Of a stretch of DNA of 64,000 nt, positions 49,991 to 63,809 are shown in pieces (the stretch's first letter is position 1; the number at the start of each line of letters is the position of its first letter). The DNA is taken from contig NC_045696.1 of NCBI RefSeq assembly GCF_009834535.1, positions 40,178,001 to 40,242,000 on the forward strand, written 5' to 3'. Position numbers and translations under genes: made by a program. Below the pieces are notes generated by a model that saw only the letters and a program-made list of their open reading frames with translations, searched no databases and was not told the DNA's origin. Source of the stretch: Camelus ferus (taxonomy: Eukaryota).

Positions 49991-51764
49991 CTACCTCATA
50001 AAGTTCTTTGTTTTGAAAGGTCTGTTAAAATGTGAGTTAAATCTGTGACTGGAATTAGTCAATGGGTGGAAAAGAAGAGGATAAAGCAACAATGATGCCA
50101 GGCAGAAGTCAACATTAGGACCCAGACAAGCAGTATGTGCTGTTATGGCTACTAAAAACAAAACAGCCAGTCAAACTGGACATATTTACCCTGTTCAGAT
50201 TTCTCTTTATGTTGTTCCTCTCCACTCCTTTCTTCTCCCTTCCCCATCACTCCTCTCCCCTCCTGATCTCTTCTCTCCTCAACTGTCTCTAGATGGGACT
50301 CACCAAAACCACTAGCCTATTAATACATACTTCTTTCTGTTCCCTGTAAAGCCAATAAGCTATGGGCAGTCAGCACCAAAACTAGGGACAGCTCCTTTCC
50401 CTGGGGCTTCCCAGCCTGGTTCCCAGTTGTGGTTTTACTGCAGGGCTGTAGTTGGTAACTAGGAGGATCTCTGATCTCCCATTCTTATTGTGGTTTTTAA
50501 TATCAGAATCTAGCTGAACTGTAAGTTTATCTGCTGCAATATATTCAGAGCTCTCATTGTCCAATGGTAGATAAATTGAGTCAGTAGAGATTCACAGGAA
50601 ACAACTAGCATTTATAAATCAAGGACTCTTCACTGACATTTGTTAAGCTAACAAATTTAAGATGTTTGGATATACTTGGAATCATAGAAGGGGTGGGAAA
50701 GAAATAACAACCTCTACATCAGAATTTCAAAGTCCATGCTGGTCTGAACTGAGTGTGCTGGGCTAGGCTCCTGGAATACCTCACTGCTTCTAAGTCCTCA
50801 TAAAGTTCTTTCTGTTGATGCTTCCATAAACTTCCAAGACGACAAGCTGACTGTTCCATCACTGTTTGGACAGGACTTAGAAGCTTGAGCTGGCAATTCT
50901 AGAGTTATCTGAGTGTATGTCAGGACATACTCCCACGTTCTCTGGGATATTTTAGACTCTCTGAAATTACCATCTCAAGTTCCAAAGTCCTCTCTGGGCA
51001 ACCAGAGGACTGAGTTGGAATGTGGTTCAGAAACAAGAAATGTTACATTTTGCAGAGTCCATGTGCCCTGGGGAAGTTTAGGAAGCCAGTTAAGATTTTA
51101 CAGGTACCAGAAGGTACTCCAAAAGGTGCTTTCATTTGGGAACACTGGTTTCTCCAGATATAACACAGAGTAATGAGTTGTTGCAGAGTAGTCACTAGAT
51201 TCTCCAACTTACCTGTCCTACTCACAGAGAAATTCAGGATCTATCTTAATGGAATTCCAAGCATATATTTCTTACTACCCAACTAATAAAACACTTGAAG
51301 ATTCTTTTCAGATTCTCATGTTTGGGTCTTGCATGTCCTTGTATATATTTTTAGGGGGAAGTAAACAAGAGCATAGCTGGCATACACTTCCTAGGCTAAA
51401 AACAGCTTTCTCAGATGCAATGTGTTCATCTGAGACTATGTCAGACAGTGCTAAGTGGGCAGACTGACACTTGACCTTAAGTGTAATAGAGGATCCAGTT
51501 AAGTGAACATGTTTAGAGGTATTCAGAAAATAAGAATCTGAGTCCATCAGCTCAAGAGTGATAAGTGAGTTTATACTTAATAGTTTCAAGGACTCAGTGA
51601 TACGAGTCCAGCTAAAAGAATGGGCCTTATTTGGCCATCTCTGGGTTGAGGGAGGAGATACAGTTTACCAATTTCAGGAACTCCAGAGAATCTCTGGGTC
51701 TGGATTTAGACAGAGTTACTGCTACTGGTGGATCGAGGCATTTTGCTGGGACAGTGCATGTTCA

Positions 51765-51875
51765 ACTAAGTTCCTTGAGAGGAGGACTTTTTCTCAGCTG
51801 TTCACTATTGAATCACTGGCTCCTAGAACATGTCTAGAACATAGTAGATTCTCAGAAATGTTTGCTGACTAATTG
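51765..51875 (+). mobile_element. L2 3' end
   Basis: aagttccttgagagg...ttcactattgaatc...cctagaaca...aaatgtttgctga. Confidence 0.7.
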
Positions 51876-51984
51876 ATGTGGCAATCCAGAAAACAATTCA
51901 AAGGCCCCATAAGTTTGACAGATATGGTCAAAGGAGGCTTAAGACTTCAAAGAATCCCAGATAAATAAGTCCTGTGTCTTGGAG

Positions 51985-52153
51985 TATTTTCTGTGCATCA
52001 AGATCATTCTGGTAGCTTGTCAAAATGCATATTCTAGAGCCTCTACCTAAAAGTTCTGATCCAATATATCTCTTAGAGTGGGACATTAGAACTTTTTAAT
52101 CAAGCACTCTATGATGTGAATCTGAAGTAGTTTTTAGTTTGAGAACCACTGCA
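51985..52153. mobile_element. MER5-like hAT-Charlie element
   Basis: gcttgtcaaaatgcatattctag...tttttaatcaagc...gtttgagaaccactg. Confidence 0.7.
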
Positions 52154-53413
52154 CTAAAACCTCCAGAGATGTAACTGAGTTGGTCTCTGACCCTAGAGTG
52201 AGGGGCGGGATTAGATTGGTCTCCATGGGATAGGAGTACAGGGCACTGGGTTAGCTGTCTTTAAGCCATCTCTAGAATAACATCTTCTCCTGAGAATACC
52301 TAGAAGCTTGTCTAAACTCAAAGACCTTACAGAAACTATGTTCAAAATAGTGCTTCAAGCACAGGTATGAATTTTTATTAGCATGTCAGTCTCAAGGCAG
52401 TCATCTGAACAGTAATGATAGTGCCTTTTCCAACCTAAGTCTATGGAATAAGTTTCTTTAGAATTTCCAAGCATTCATAATTATCCTAGTTACCTATATT
52501 TACATTGCCTTGATGATGAGAGCTTGTTTGGGGCTCTGATGTACCAAATCAAATTGAGATGAATACATACCACAAATATTCAGGAAGTGCCATTATGACT
52601 CCAGGATATATCCTATTCCACCACTAAACTCATTCATCTATGCCTGATGGGAGAACAGAAGTGAAACATGTTCTAGAAAATGTCAGGAGCAGCCTGTCAG
52701 CTACAGAGATCTCAGTAGATGGAGAAGGATCTTTCCAGGCATTTTTACTGAAGTAACTTATCTGTGGCTGGAGAAGATAAGATATGTTCACATGTGAGTT
52801 CCTTTGGTGAGAAGTCATGAACTTGTTACAAGGTAGGGACTATGCAGCACAGTGATTTTGATCCTAGATTTTTACTCAAGAAACTCATAGATAATTCCAG
52901 AAAGAATGTCTAGGAAAAGAAATTTCTCCTCCAAGAATTGTATTCATCCTTTTAACATTTTCCATGTCTCTAATGGTAACCTCTATACATGTCAAAATTA
53001 CTTGGGGGTAATGGTGTCTTTGAATGCTCTTATAACTCAACTGGGTTCCAGAGTGAAGCCTCCTGTAACCTCAAATAAGCATGGTGATAGAGGAAAAGAA
53101 CTAGCGGAGGTGTGATCCACGGAAACCGACCAACTAAAAGTCTTGGCCAAAGCAGCTGAACATGCATATTTTGGAATTAGTATGTAGAGGTCAAGTGATA
53201 CTCTGCCAGAGTTGGCCTCTATTTGAAGTTCCTATAAACTCCAGAAAGAGTGTACATGGATTTAGAGCTCAAGAACAAAGCCAGAGCTTCCATTTTATTC
53301 ATTATTTAACCCACAAGACAAAGATAAGGTTCTAAAGATAAAGATAAGCTTCTAAAATCTGACAGGGCCAAGAATTTTACTAAAAAACCACAAGTGGATT
53401 TGGAAGGTCTCTT

Positions 53414-53847
53414 TGTCAACTATTACTACAATAAAGCTGCCTAACAAACATCTACAAAACATCGGTGGCATTGAGTAATACGCACTTATTTAGCTCATGC
53501 AATGCAGGTTGATTGAACGTTAGCTAATCCAGAAGGAACTTGGCTGTATGGTTCTGTTTCACATGTCTGTCAACCCTCTCCTGAGACTAGCAGTAGTCTG
53601 GGAATGTTCTTCTCGTGAATATAGCAGAAGCCCAAGAGAGCAAGTGGACACACATGAAGTTTCTTCCAAGGTCTAAGCTCAGAATTGGCACAGTGCATTT
53701 GCACCTGATGCTATCGGCCAAAACAAGTCTCACGTCCAATCCCAAAGTCGAGGGATGGGAAGATAAACTGTAGGCCTTTAATGGGAGAAACGGAACCGTC
53801 ACATGGCAAATTAAGAGGACTCAAGGAAGGTAATGTGATCTGCCACA
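53414..53847 (-). mobile_element. MLT1 (H/I-like) MaLR solo LTR
   Basis: cttatttagctcatg...ggccaaaacaagtc...gtcacatggcaaa...tctgccaca. Confidence 0.7.
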
Positions 53848-55300
53848 AAAGTGATTAACAAGCATACTGGATGAAAAGCAGACCATGACGGGATTTCTAC
53901 ACAGATGTGAAGATGACCAACAGACCTGCCATCCTAGGTCAGGCTGCTTCTGCAAAATTCATTCCCCTCACATGATACCTGGCCTTTGTTATTATTGACT
54001 CCAGAGCAAGAATAATGCATACTGAATCACATCTCCTCCAGTCAATGCATATCTTCTGAAATAGCTCTACAGGAATGAAAACAGTGTTCATTCTCCCCTT
54101 TAAACGTTATTCTTTAAATTCACTTAGCATATCACTAATATTCACAAATAAGTAAAAATACTGCAAATTAGTTATCTGGACGGAGTGGGGCTGACTAGTT
54201 ACTGTATGATAATTACATGGGGAAGGAATAAACAACCTCCCTGTCTTTGCCAGGCTTTAACGATCTGACCATCTGGGTGTGGATAGAATGAACTTCAAAA
54301 TTTCTCTTCAGAGACTTCCAAATACATGAAATCCTCAGAAGGTTTGGCAGTAATTGTATAAATGATTGTGTTATGACTACCAAATGAGAAAGTGAGGTCT
54401 ATCAGTTGGCTATCCAGGAGTTATTATAAAATTAAAAGCAGTTCAATAGGGTCTTGGCAACAAGCCATATCCTTACATTTTTAAGTGTATGAATCCATTC
54501 AAATTGCCTTTCTGTAGATGCTGTAGAATCACAAGAGGAATTAAGACACCACTGGACATTTCTTTGATTTTTGGATCATGCCTTCAAGACTGTTCTGTCT
54601 TCATAAACTTTCTTACTTGGTTTTCTCTTTTATGTGTCTTGCCAGAGTATTTTATCTCAGAATATTTAACCAAGTGCAACTCAGCAGCTGTTCTCAGTTA
54701 GTATCTTCAGTTTAAGTCAGTACACACTGCAAACTAAAACCTGCTTTGGGTGTTTGTTTTTAAAGTCAGTAAGTGCATGTGTAGCTTTGAGACTTGCATT
54801 CCCCACACCAGCATTCTCCAAATCAGGATGTTCCAAGGAGATCAAATAGGTCACTGCACTTGGAAGAGTGGGCATATTTTTCTAAGATAAAAACATCACT
54901 AAGGAAAAATACAATGCACATTATGCTGGTTACCTGGATTACCACTGACTGTTACTAGAAAAAGGGATCTGCCTGTATAACCATAGTCTTACAAAGGTGT
55001 CTAGCATGATTAAGTAAAATTTCGTCCACTAGCTAATTCTCTGTATTTTTCTAAACAAGGCATGCCATCTAGCTTCCAAGGAAAGAAGTAGTATTTCAAA
55101 ATATTCTTTCTCTAACATGGCACTTACAAATGTAAATTGACCCTATATAAGGAAATCATATGAGGGTTCTTTAGACAGTTCTTTTGTTAAACTAAGGAGT
55201 TAGGTCACCAGAAACTTCCACAGATAGGACAGTTGTGAATTTGCAACCAGCAGTCACAGTTATAACACAACTCATTACTCCATGCAGCCACTGCCTAGAC

Positions 55301-55535
55301 CAGTGGCTTTCAAACTTTTTTGACCATGACACATAGTAAAACACAAATTTAACATCACAATTCAATATACACGTACTCACATCCTCAACACACAACAGAT
55401 TCAGGAAATGGGTACTTACTCTCATTACATACAGTGCACTCTGATGATTTGTTTCTCTGTTTTGTTTTCAAATGCTGATAGCAATGATTTTCTAGCTTAC
55501 TCATAGGTTGTGACCCCTATCTGAATTTTGGAGAA
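55301..55535. mobile_element. hAT-Charlie-type MER element
   Basis: Terminus cagtggctttcaaacttttttgac. Confidence 0.55.
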
Positions 55536-55554
55536 GTTGAGCTTAGTGGATATC

Positions 55555-56060
55555 AAAGTCCAGGTTCCCTGGAAATCAGACTGTAAGGAAAAGCTTTAGT
55601 GCATTGAGACCTCAGGAAAGCAAGAGTGACAAGAAAAGGAAGTGAGTCAGGGTAAAAGCAGGAACAGGCCTAAAATGGGGCATTACTGATCTGGTCACAG
55701 CTTCATAAGAAAACACTGCTGGCTGCTCAATCACAAAGAAGGAACATCTCCAGAGTCTGCAAAGAAGAGCCCTTTGTAGAGTGTGGGGGAGGAACACAAG
55801 TTAGCTTCCCACATATAGTCTCTCACTGGTCAAAACTCACCCCATATCAAGTCCCTCACATTTCTGGATTATGTTGCCCAGTTCATCTAGGCAGAACCTC
55901 TTCCAGTGAGGTCAGATCATGTGCTAAGGCAGCTGGATGGGGTCCCTGCCCATGGAAGAGATGCCAATGCCCATATCTCATCCCTGTGGGAGCCTGAGAC
56001 AATCTGAGATGAAGGGATGGTCAGGGCAGCCAGTCTGTAAGATCCTGGAGATGACACAAG
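55555..56060 (-). mobile_element. ERVL LTR (LTR16-like)
   Basis: gtccaggttccctggaaatcagactg...ggaagtgagtcaggg; recalled similarity. Confidence 0.45.
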
Positions 56061-56164
56061 TTGTCACTGTTCTTTAGCCAGGAAGTGGGACAAGGCCCAG
56101 GGGTCATGTAGAGCTGAGCACAACTGGGAGGCCCCCAAATCAGAGCTGCCATGTTGGGGAAAAC

Positions 56165-56312
56165 ACAGATCTTGGAGTTGGACAGGTCTAGGTTCACATC
56201 CCTTTCTCTCCACTTCCCAGCATGTGGTATCTATGGAAGTTGCTTTACATCTTTGATGGATGATATTAATATCCTTGCTGAGCTGGTACAAAAACTAGAG
56301 ATAACATATGAT
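56165..56312 (+). mobile_element. MIR 5' part; its tail appears to resume near 59700-59765
   Basis: ttggagttggacaggtctaggttcacatccc...ccacttcccagcatgtg. Confidence 0.6.
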
Positions 56313-56319
56313 TTCCTCC

Positions 56320-59300
56320 ATAAAGGCTTTTCATATTTTTAGTAGACTTATTCCTAGATAGTTTATATTTTTGATGCTACTATGAATGGTACCTTTTTTA
56401 ATTCTTATTTTTGTTAATGCAGTTTATGTACAGCAAACTTGCTAAGTTTTTATTAATTCCAACATTTTATCTGTAGTATTTTATTCTTGATGCAAAGAAT
56501 CATATCTACTAATGATTTTGCTTATTACTCTTTAATCCTAATACCTTTTAATTTTTTTCAGCTTTACTTTCAGTGCTAGAGTCTTCAGTACAACATTGGG
56601 CAAAATTGTAAAAATAAACACACTTGTCTTATTCCTAATATTAAAGGAAAAACATTCATTGCTTCACCATTAAATTTGGTAACTGCCGTAGGCTTCTTTA
56701 GTTACTCTTTATCAAGTTAAAAAATTCCCTTTTATTTCTGATGTACTGAGTTTTCTTCATGAGTATATATTGAGTTCTATCAAACCATTTTTCAACATCT
56801 ATTGACAATATTTTTTCTTTGATCTGTTAATACGGAGAGTTAGAATGATTTTTCCAATGCTTTTTAAAAAAAATTACATTCTAAAATAAACATAAGTTGG
56901 GTATGCTGTATTTTTTTTAAACACATTTCTGGATTAAGTTTGCTAATATTTTAAGATCACTGTATATATGCTCCTGAATGAGATTCACCTGCAATTTTCG
57001 TTTGTTTTCTCCACATCAGGTTTTTGATATGAAGGTTACACTAACCAAATGAGTTGAGAAATAGACCCTCTTTTACTCTACTGTGCAATAGTTTACATAA
57101 AATTGAAATTATTTGTTCCTTAAGTGTTTGGTTGGACTCCATGGTAAAACCATCTAAGGGCTGGAGTTTCTATGTGGGAAGATCTTTAACTAGTGCCAGT
57201 TTTGTTAATGGTTATATGATTATTCCTATGTTCTCTTTCTTCCTAAGTCAGTTTTGGTTTTGGCCAAAGTTTTCTAGGAATTTGTTTACTTTATATAAAT
57301 TTTCAAATTAATTGGCATGGAGTTGTTCAAATTATCAATTTATTATCTCCTTAATGCTGGCAATTTTATCCCCTTTTCCATTCCTTATATTGCTTATTTG
57401 GGACAGCTCATTTATTTCTTGATTAATCTTGACAAGGTTTTGTCAATTGTATGTCTGTCCAAACAACCAAATTTTGTTTTTGTTCAACCTTTTTCAATGC
57501 TTATCTTCTGTCACATTAATTTTAGCCCAAGTCTCCATTATTTCCTTCTTTCCAGGTTTTTATGGTTTACTTTGCTGTTCTTTTCCCATTCTCTTAGGAT
57601 GACTGTATCATTCACTTACTTTTAACCTTAGTTTTTGTTTTGATATGATTAAAATCTAAAATTTCTAATTGCTGCTCTATCCACACCTCATATGTTTTGA
57701 TATCAGTACTTCACAATCCTTTCAATCTAAATATTTTCTAGTTTTTATTGTGATATTTTGACATGATTTTCTTAGAAATATACTTCTTAATTTCTCAATG
57801 TGTGGAGTTTCATTGGTTATCTTTTGGTTATTGATTTTTAGCTTAACTACACTGTGTTCAAAGAACAATACAGGACTTTGAAAACTGAGACTGTTTCATG
57901 GTCAATTTTTTCAAATGTCCTTTGTGTTTTTATCCAGAATGCACACCCTATTGTGGTGGCATGTTATTATACATGTCCATTTGGATATGATTATTAATCA
58001 TATTGTTTAAATCTTTACCTTCCCTACTGATTTCTTTTTGTCCCATCACTCAGTTTCTGAGAAGTATGTCAAAATCTCCTGTTATAATGCAGATTTCTCT
58101 TTTAGTTCTTTATTTTGAGGTATATTAGGTACACACAAATTTTAAATTATTATACTTTCCTGGTGAATTAAATATTCTATCACTTCGAAAAGATTATCTA
58201 ATTATGCTTTTTTGCTTGAAAGCATGCTTTTGTATGATATTAAAATGGCTACAATATCTTTCTTTTGACTACACTTGCCTGATATATTTTCCAATCCTTT
58301 TATATTGGCATCCAGTCTAACCATCTTTATATTTTAGCTGAAGCATTTACTTCATTTACATTTTTGTAATTACTCACATTTACACTTTTATCTATTCTCT
58401 TAATTGCTTTTGTCTATTTATCCTGCTCTTTTCATGCTTTTTCCTCTTTCTTGCCTTTTAAAAATTATTTTTCTCACTTTTATTTTCCTTTACTAGTTTT
58501 CAATTTGTGTATTCTGTTTTTATTCTTCTATTGGTCTTCCTATAACTTACAGCATGTATACCATAAAAATCAACATCTTTACCTCTCTCAACACAATTTT
58601 TACGTTACTTCCTTCCCAACTTAAGTTCTGCTGATTTCTAGTATTTTAGTTTTGCCTTAATTTCAGTTTTAACCCACTCTTCACCCCCATATTTATTTAA
58701 CTTTATCTTTGCTTATCATTTCTTACTGAAGCTCATATTTTTTCATCTAGGATCATTTTTATCATTTCTGAAATGTATTCTATAGAAATAGATTCTTTAG
58801 AAATTAGTTTAATAATATTTCAGAAGTATACTCAGTTCAGGCTTGCCTGAAAATGTTATTTTGCCTTTGATTTTGTAGGGTAGTTTTTACTAGTTTTTAC
58901 TAGGTTAAGAATTCCTAACTGGCAATTATTTTTGCCTAACATATTGAAGATATCACTGCACTGGCTTCTGGCTTCTGTTATTGCTGCAAGAAACCAGCTG
59001 TCAACCATTCCTCTGTAGGTGGTCAGTTTATTCCTTCTGACTGCTTTAAAGATGTTTTCTTTGTCTTTCATGTTCTCTAGTTTCAAGCTAATGTGTTTTG
59101 GTTAGGGTTTCTTTTTTTAATATCTGCTTTGGAGTCTTTGGGGTTTATGCATCTGAGGATTTATATCTTTCATTAATTCTGGAAAATTCTCAGCTATCAT
59201 CTCTTTGGATATTGCTTCCCATTCTCTTTATTATTTCTTTATGAAACTAAAATTACACTTACGTGAGATATCTCACCCTCTCCTTTGTGTCTCTTAATCT

Positions 59301-59695
59301 TTCTCATATGTTCCATGTATTTGTCTCTTCAACTGGAGGGGAGGCATTTACCCTCATCTTTATGCTGAGGTGTATAGTGCTTTTGTCCCAGCTCTCTGGA
59401 GTAGGTTCCTTTATTAGACTTCACACCTGAGATTTCTTTCCTGTCACATAACTCAATGAGGAAATCAAAGCTGAAGGTTACTAGGTTCAATAAAAGTCCT
59501 CAGAATGAAAGTTAAATGTAAAGATAGCTCAGCTCTCTGGATTTCTGCCTTGACCTACTAGGTTTTAGCCTGCTAATTCCTTTTTTTGTTGCTTACTCAT
59601 TGATGCTTGTAAGTACAACTACAAAGCATTTTTAGTAGTATTCCATGGGAGGGTTTGTCTGAGTACTTGGTCCATCATATTATCAGAAAGAGGTG
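56320..59695 (-). mobile_element. Old L1, about 3.4 kb, with ORF1 and ORF2 remnants
   Basis: ORF 58856-59086 (KDKENIFKAVR...EARSQCSDIFNML..NNCQLGIL) resembles the L1 ORF1 C-terminus; T-rich antisense L1 throughout. Confidence 0.85.
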
Positions 59696-61564
59696 GTGAT
59701 ATTGTTCATGTAATTATCAGACACAGACTAGGCATTCAATAAACAGAAGTTATTATTACTACTGTTATAGCTTATTCTCCTAGCCTAACCAGCATATATA
59801 TTACCTTCCTTCCCTCATGGAATCATTAAAAACAAAAAACAAAAAACAGTTTCTTACTGTTTTAAAAACATCTAATTCTTCATTGGTTTTTCTATTAATA
59901 GAATGCCAAGGCTAAGTTCTGAATTCTAGTAATTTGAACTAGAAAAGTAAGAAGCCATGGTCATACATATGTTCCAAGGCTCTTTAACATTAAGACAGGA
60001 AAAGAGAACCAACTCTAGATTTCGGTTTGAAAATAACTTTGTTCGTGCAAAACAGGGAAGAGTTGAAAAAACAACAAAAAAACAAAACACAGATCAAATT
60101 ACGTAGCAAAAACTTTTCCAGAAAAGTAAAATGAAAAATCCATTTTTCCATGTAAGTCATAATTATCAACTGGTTAATATAAAATGTTTTTCATTGCTCT
60201 GTGGCTGCATCTGATCAAAACTCCAGCATTTGATGAGTGTTGTTTCTTCTGTCTGCAGGAATAGGAAAGAGGTTTGACATTCTAATTTCAGAATTTCTAA
60301 ACCAGACAGGGTCAGTGTAAGGATACATGAAAGTCATTATAATCCTAAGTCACAAAAGTAAATACGAAAATGCCTAAATGCCAATGTCTCATTACTATTA
60401 TCTCTTGCCAAGTTTGTACTGACAGAACTAATTAAATGAAAAATGACATTTTTCCACATTTATCTCACTGGTAAAATATCAACCACATGACTAGCTTTTG
60501 AACTGTCAAGATAATGGTAACATTTAATGCTTCTCAAGGGAAGATGTCAAAGAGAGACCCAAACTATTACTTAATACTGTTCCCCTTTTCCGATGTGAAG
60601 CTATGGTTCCAAAGACAGCAGTACTTCAAGAATGTCACATCTGTAAAAATGCAATCAACCATGATAGAACAGTTCTTTTGTTTATTTGGTTTTGACCAGA
60701 TACGTTATATAGATCAAAGTTACTGAAACCCTCAACTCTCCCAACTCTGAAATGTGAAATGGTCATGAGCCATCCTCTGGAAGAATAACAAAATTTAAGA
60801 GTACTTGGATATTTCCTCCCAAGTACAGGAATCATGAGGGAAGTGACGCTTGGGGTCATTTAAGCTGTTTTACCCATTCCCAACCTAGAGAAAGGAAGTA
60901 AAAGTAAGAGAAGTCAGTTAGTCAAGAGACAGTTTGGAGTTACTGAAAAGTATACAAGACCAGATGTTTGCAAGTTCCCAGAACCATTCCCAGGAGAGAA
61001 ACAAGTAACTGCAAATGGTGAAGATCAAAGGAGCAGAGGCAGGCTTCAGATACTTGCCTGGCATATGGGGGAACTTCACTCTAGAGTATCAAAATGCAAA
61101 GACAGGACCAGGACATCCTGCACAATCTAGAACACAGGGGGACCAATATTTGGTAATTAGATCAGACACTAATACAAGTCACTAAGGGAAAAGCGCTAGT
61201 TAAACATAAATACATTACACTTTTGAGAAGCAGATATAAAATAATTGCTGAGTTTGCTGATTTCTGAACCTGCTTCCAACCTTACAACTGGAACATATGC
61301 TTATGATTGAGGCATCTGAATCATGAGCCATAAAGACTCACAATTAATCTTAGTTTTAGAATAAAAATAGGAGTTCCATATTTTAAGGAAGTAAGAACCC
61401 TAAGCATTTAAAGGATTTTTTAAAAATCTTTACTTATAATATAAATTAAAAACTAAACCAGGAACCAGAAAATATTCTCTAAAGCGTAACCTCCAGCCCA
61501 CACTAAAGTCCCTAGCTCCTTATTCACCAGCACTGTGCACTGCTGAGCCACCTGTACTTTAAAG

Positions 61565-61815
61565 CCATTCAGTTTAGCAGGACAAATAGGAGTTAATACC
61601 AGTTGTGTGCCAGGAAGGTCTCATGAGACAAGAGATGAACAAAATATGGTCCCCGCCATTGGTGCAAGCATTCTTTATAAAGAGGCCATAGAGTCTCTGA
61701 GGGGAACCTTGTATAATCACCATTTTTTTTTGTATTTATTTAGTGTTTGTGTCCATATGGCTCTAGACATTTGGACACAAGGCAGAGCCTCCATAAATGT
61801 CATTGAATGAAAAAA
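61565..61815. mobile_element. L2 fragments in both orientations
   Basis: gtgtgccagg...gatgaacaaaatatggtcccc; ccataaatgtcattgaatga. Confidence 0.45.
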
Positions 61816-61834
61816 ATAGCACTACTTTGGCTCA

Positions 61835-62312
61835 TTTATTAGTTTTCTAAATAACCACAAACTTGGTGGATTAAAATAATACTATCTCACAGTTCTGAGT
61901 CAGAAATTTGGGCACAATGTATCCCAAGGTATCTCTACTCAGGGGTCACAGAGCAGAAGTGTTGGTGTTAGCTGGGCTGGGATCTTCTAGAGAAGATTCC
62001 GCTTTGAGGTAGAATTCAGTTCACTGCTGTTGTAGGACTGAGATTCCCATTTGCTTGACATGTGGCCCCTTCATCTACAAGCCAAAAATAGCACCTCAAG
62101 TCTCAGACTTTCCCTTCTGCTACCAGTCAGAGAAAGACCTCTGCTTTTCAGGGTTTATGTAATTAGAATAGGCCTGACCAGATAATCCAGGATAATCTCC
62201 CTATTTTAAGGTCAGCTGATTAGTAACCTTAATCACATCTGCAAAATCCACTGTGCAATGTAACATAACATATTCCCAGGAGTAACATCAGGGGACCAAA
62301 ATTCTTTCACCA
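61835..62312 (-). mobile_element. MLT1 (D/E-like) MaLR solo LTR
   Basis: ccacaaacttggtgg...tctcacagttctg...gataatccaggataatctccctattttaaggtcagctgattag. Confidence 0.8.
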
Positions 62313-62749
62313 AAGCTCATTTGATTTCAAGTGATATATCTCTGCCCCAAGTTGTTTAAGTCAAAAGGAAATTTATTGGCTATCTGGGAAATTTATTGGC
62401 TAACTGGAGATGCTGCCTTCATCAAAGATGGAACCATGCTTGAAGATATAAGACTTCAGACTCCATCTCTCAGCTCTGTACCCTCCTAGCTATGGCCTTA
62501 TTCCCTCCTACTGCAGATTGATTTCCTTCGTTTTGTATGCCCCCAAAGTAGTGACTCACAGAAAAAGGGAACTTCTCTATTCCAATGTCTAATCAGAGCC
62601 TTTCTTTTTGGACTTTGGATTTAAGCTGAGTGTTTCAAAAGTTGGGAAATGGTTGGTGCTCATTCATTCCAATACCATAATAATTAATTCTTGATACTGA
62701 GATCCACTATGTCCTCCAGAGAACACTGGGTCCTGACCTCTTCTGAGTC

Positions 62750-63169
62750 TTAGCTTCTTGCCCTCTTCTAGTAGATACTGGGGCACCCCAACCATATTCC
62801 TTTTACCAGCCAGTGTTCAATACCCAGCGGCTATGTCAGCTGCATCTAGCAGCTTATACCTACAACTTTCTCTAGAGCATTGCCCTTGGCTGACTGGGAC
62901 ACCTGCTGGGGACCTTTCAATATCCCCTACCCCAACATAGCCAATAAATGACTGATAGGGAGGTGCAAAATTTCAGCCTCCTGCCTTAAAATACACACTT
63001 TCAAACTAAGAGTAGAGCTTACCTAAGATCACATCCTTGCTTAGCTCCTTGTCCTTACCTATACTGCTTTCCTCCTTCCTCACAAGTTTTCCTTTCCATT
63101 CAGCCTCAATGAATCATGGGCATCTTAATCTCTGTCTCAGGCTCTGCTTTTAGGGAACCTACCTAAGAC
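62750..63169 (+). mobile_element. LTR16-like ERVL solo LTR
   Basis: 3' end tctcaggctctgcttttagggaacctacctaagac. Confidence 0.7.
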
Positions 63170-63231
63170 TCTTTGTTTAACTCTGCTTGTTGCCTCCCAC
63201 CCAAAGTTCAATTTTTGCTCAACTCAGAGTT

Positions 63232-63252
63232 TTGTTGTTGTTGTTGTTGTTG
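63232..63252. repeat. (TTG)n microsatellite
   Basis: Read directly. Confidence 0.9.
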
Positions 63253-63429
63253 CTTAAAATCAGGAACTCCAATATTCTGAGAACAAATAAAATAGAGAAA
63301 AAGGGAAGAGTACTCCATAATGACAGCCCCACTAGAGCCACATGGAGGAGAGAGAAAGGAGAGGAGTTATTTTCTAGTGTCTTAAACCCCTGACCAGTTT
63401 ATATGATCCAAGAAAGCAAGAACCATGCT

Positions 63430-63765
63430 CTCTTTTATATATATATATATTGAAGTAGAGTCAGTTTACAATGTTGTCTCAATTTCTGGTGTACAGCCTA
63501 ATAGTTCAGTCATACATATGCATATATTCGTTTTCATACTTTTTCACCATGAGTTACTATAAGACTGAATATAGTTCCCTGTGCTATACAGAAGAAACTT
63601 GTTGTTTATCTATTTTATATATATAGTATTTAGTATCTGCAAATCTCAAACTTCCACTTCATCCCTTCCCACCCTCTTCCCCCACTGGTAACCCTAAGTT
63701 TGTTTTCTATGTCTGTGAGTTTGTTTCTGTTTTGTTAATAAGTTCATTTGTCTCATTTTTTAGAT
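63430..63765 (-). mobile_element. Young camelid-type L1 3' UTR inserted in an L2 tail
   Basis: Reverse complement of the 9146-9475 family; TSD caagaaagcaagaaccatg (63409-63427) / caagagagcaagaaccatg (63791-63809). Confidence 0.9.
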
Positions 63766-63809
63766 AAGCAAGAGAGCAAGAATGGATAAGCAAGAGAGCA
63801 AGAACCATG

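Noticed and set aside
51207..51260. Perfect minus-strand donor CAG|gtaagt
   Set aside because: No convincing acceptor nearby; the only support is a 60-codon ORF that starts 13 nt upstream at a non-ATG codon and reads through the donor
52200..52222. GC box next to a reverse CCAAT box
   Set aside because: No CpG island or exon nearby
60241..60316. Plus-strand exon candidate 60259-60310
   Set aside because: Good acceptor but a weaker donor (gtcagt), isolated, with no coding signal; likely a pseudo-exon
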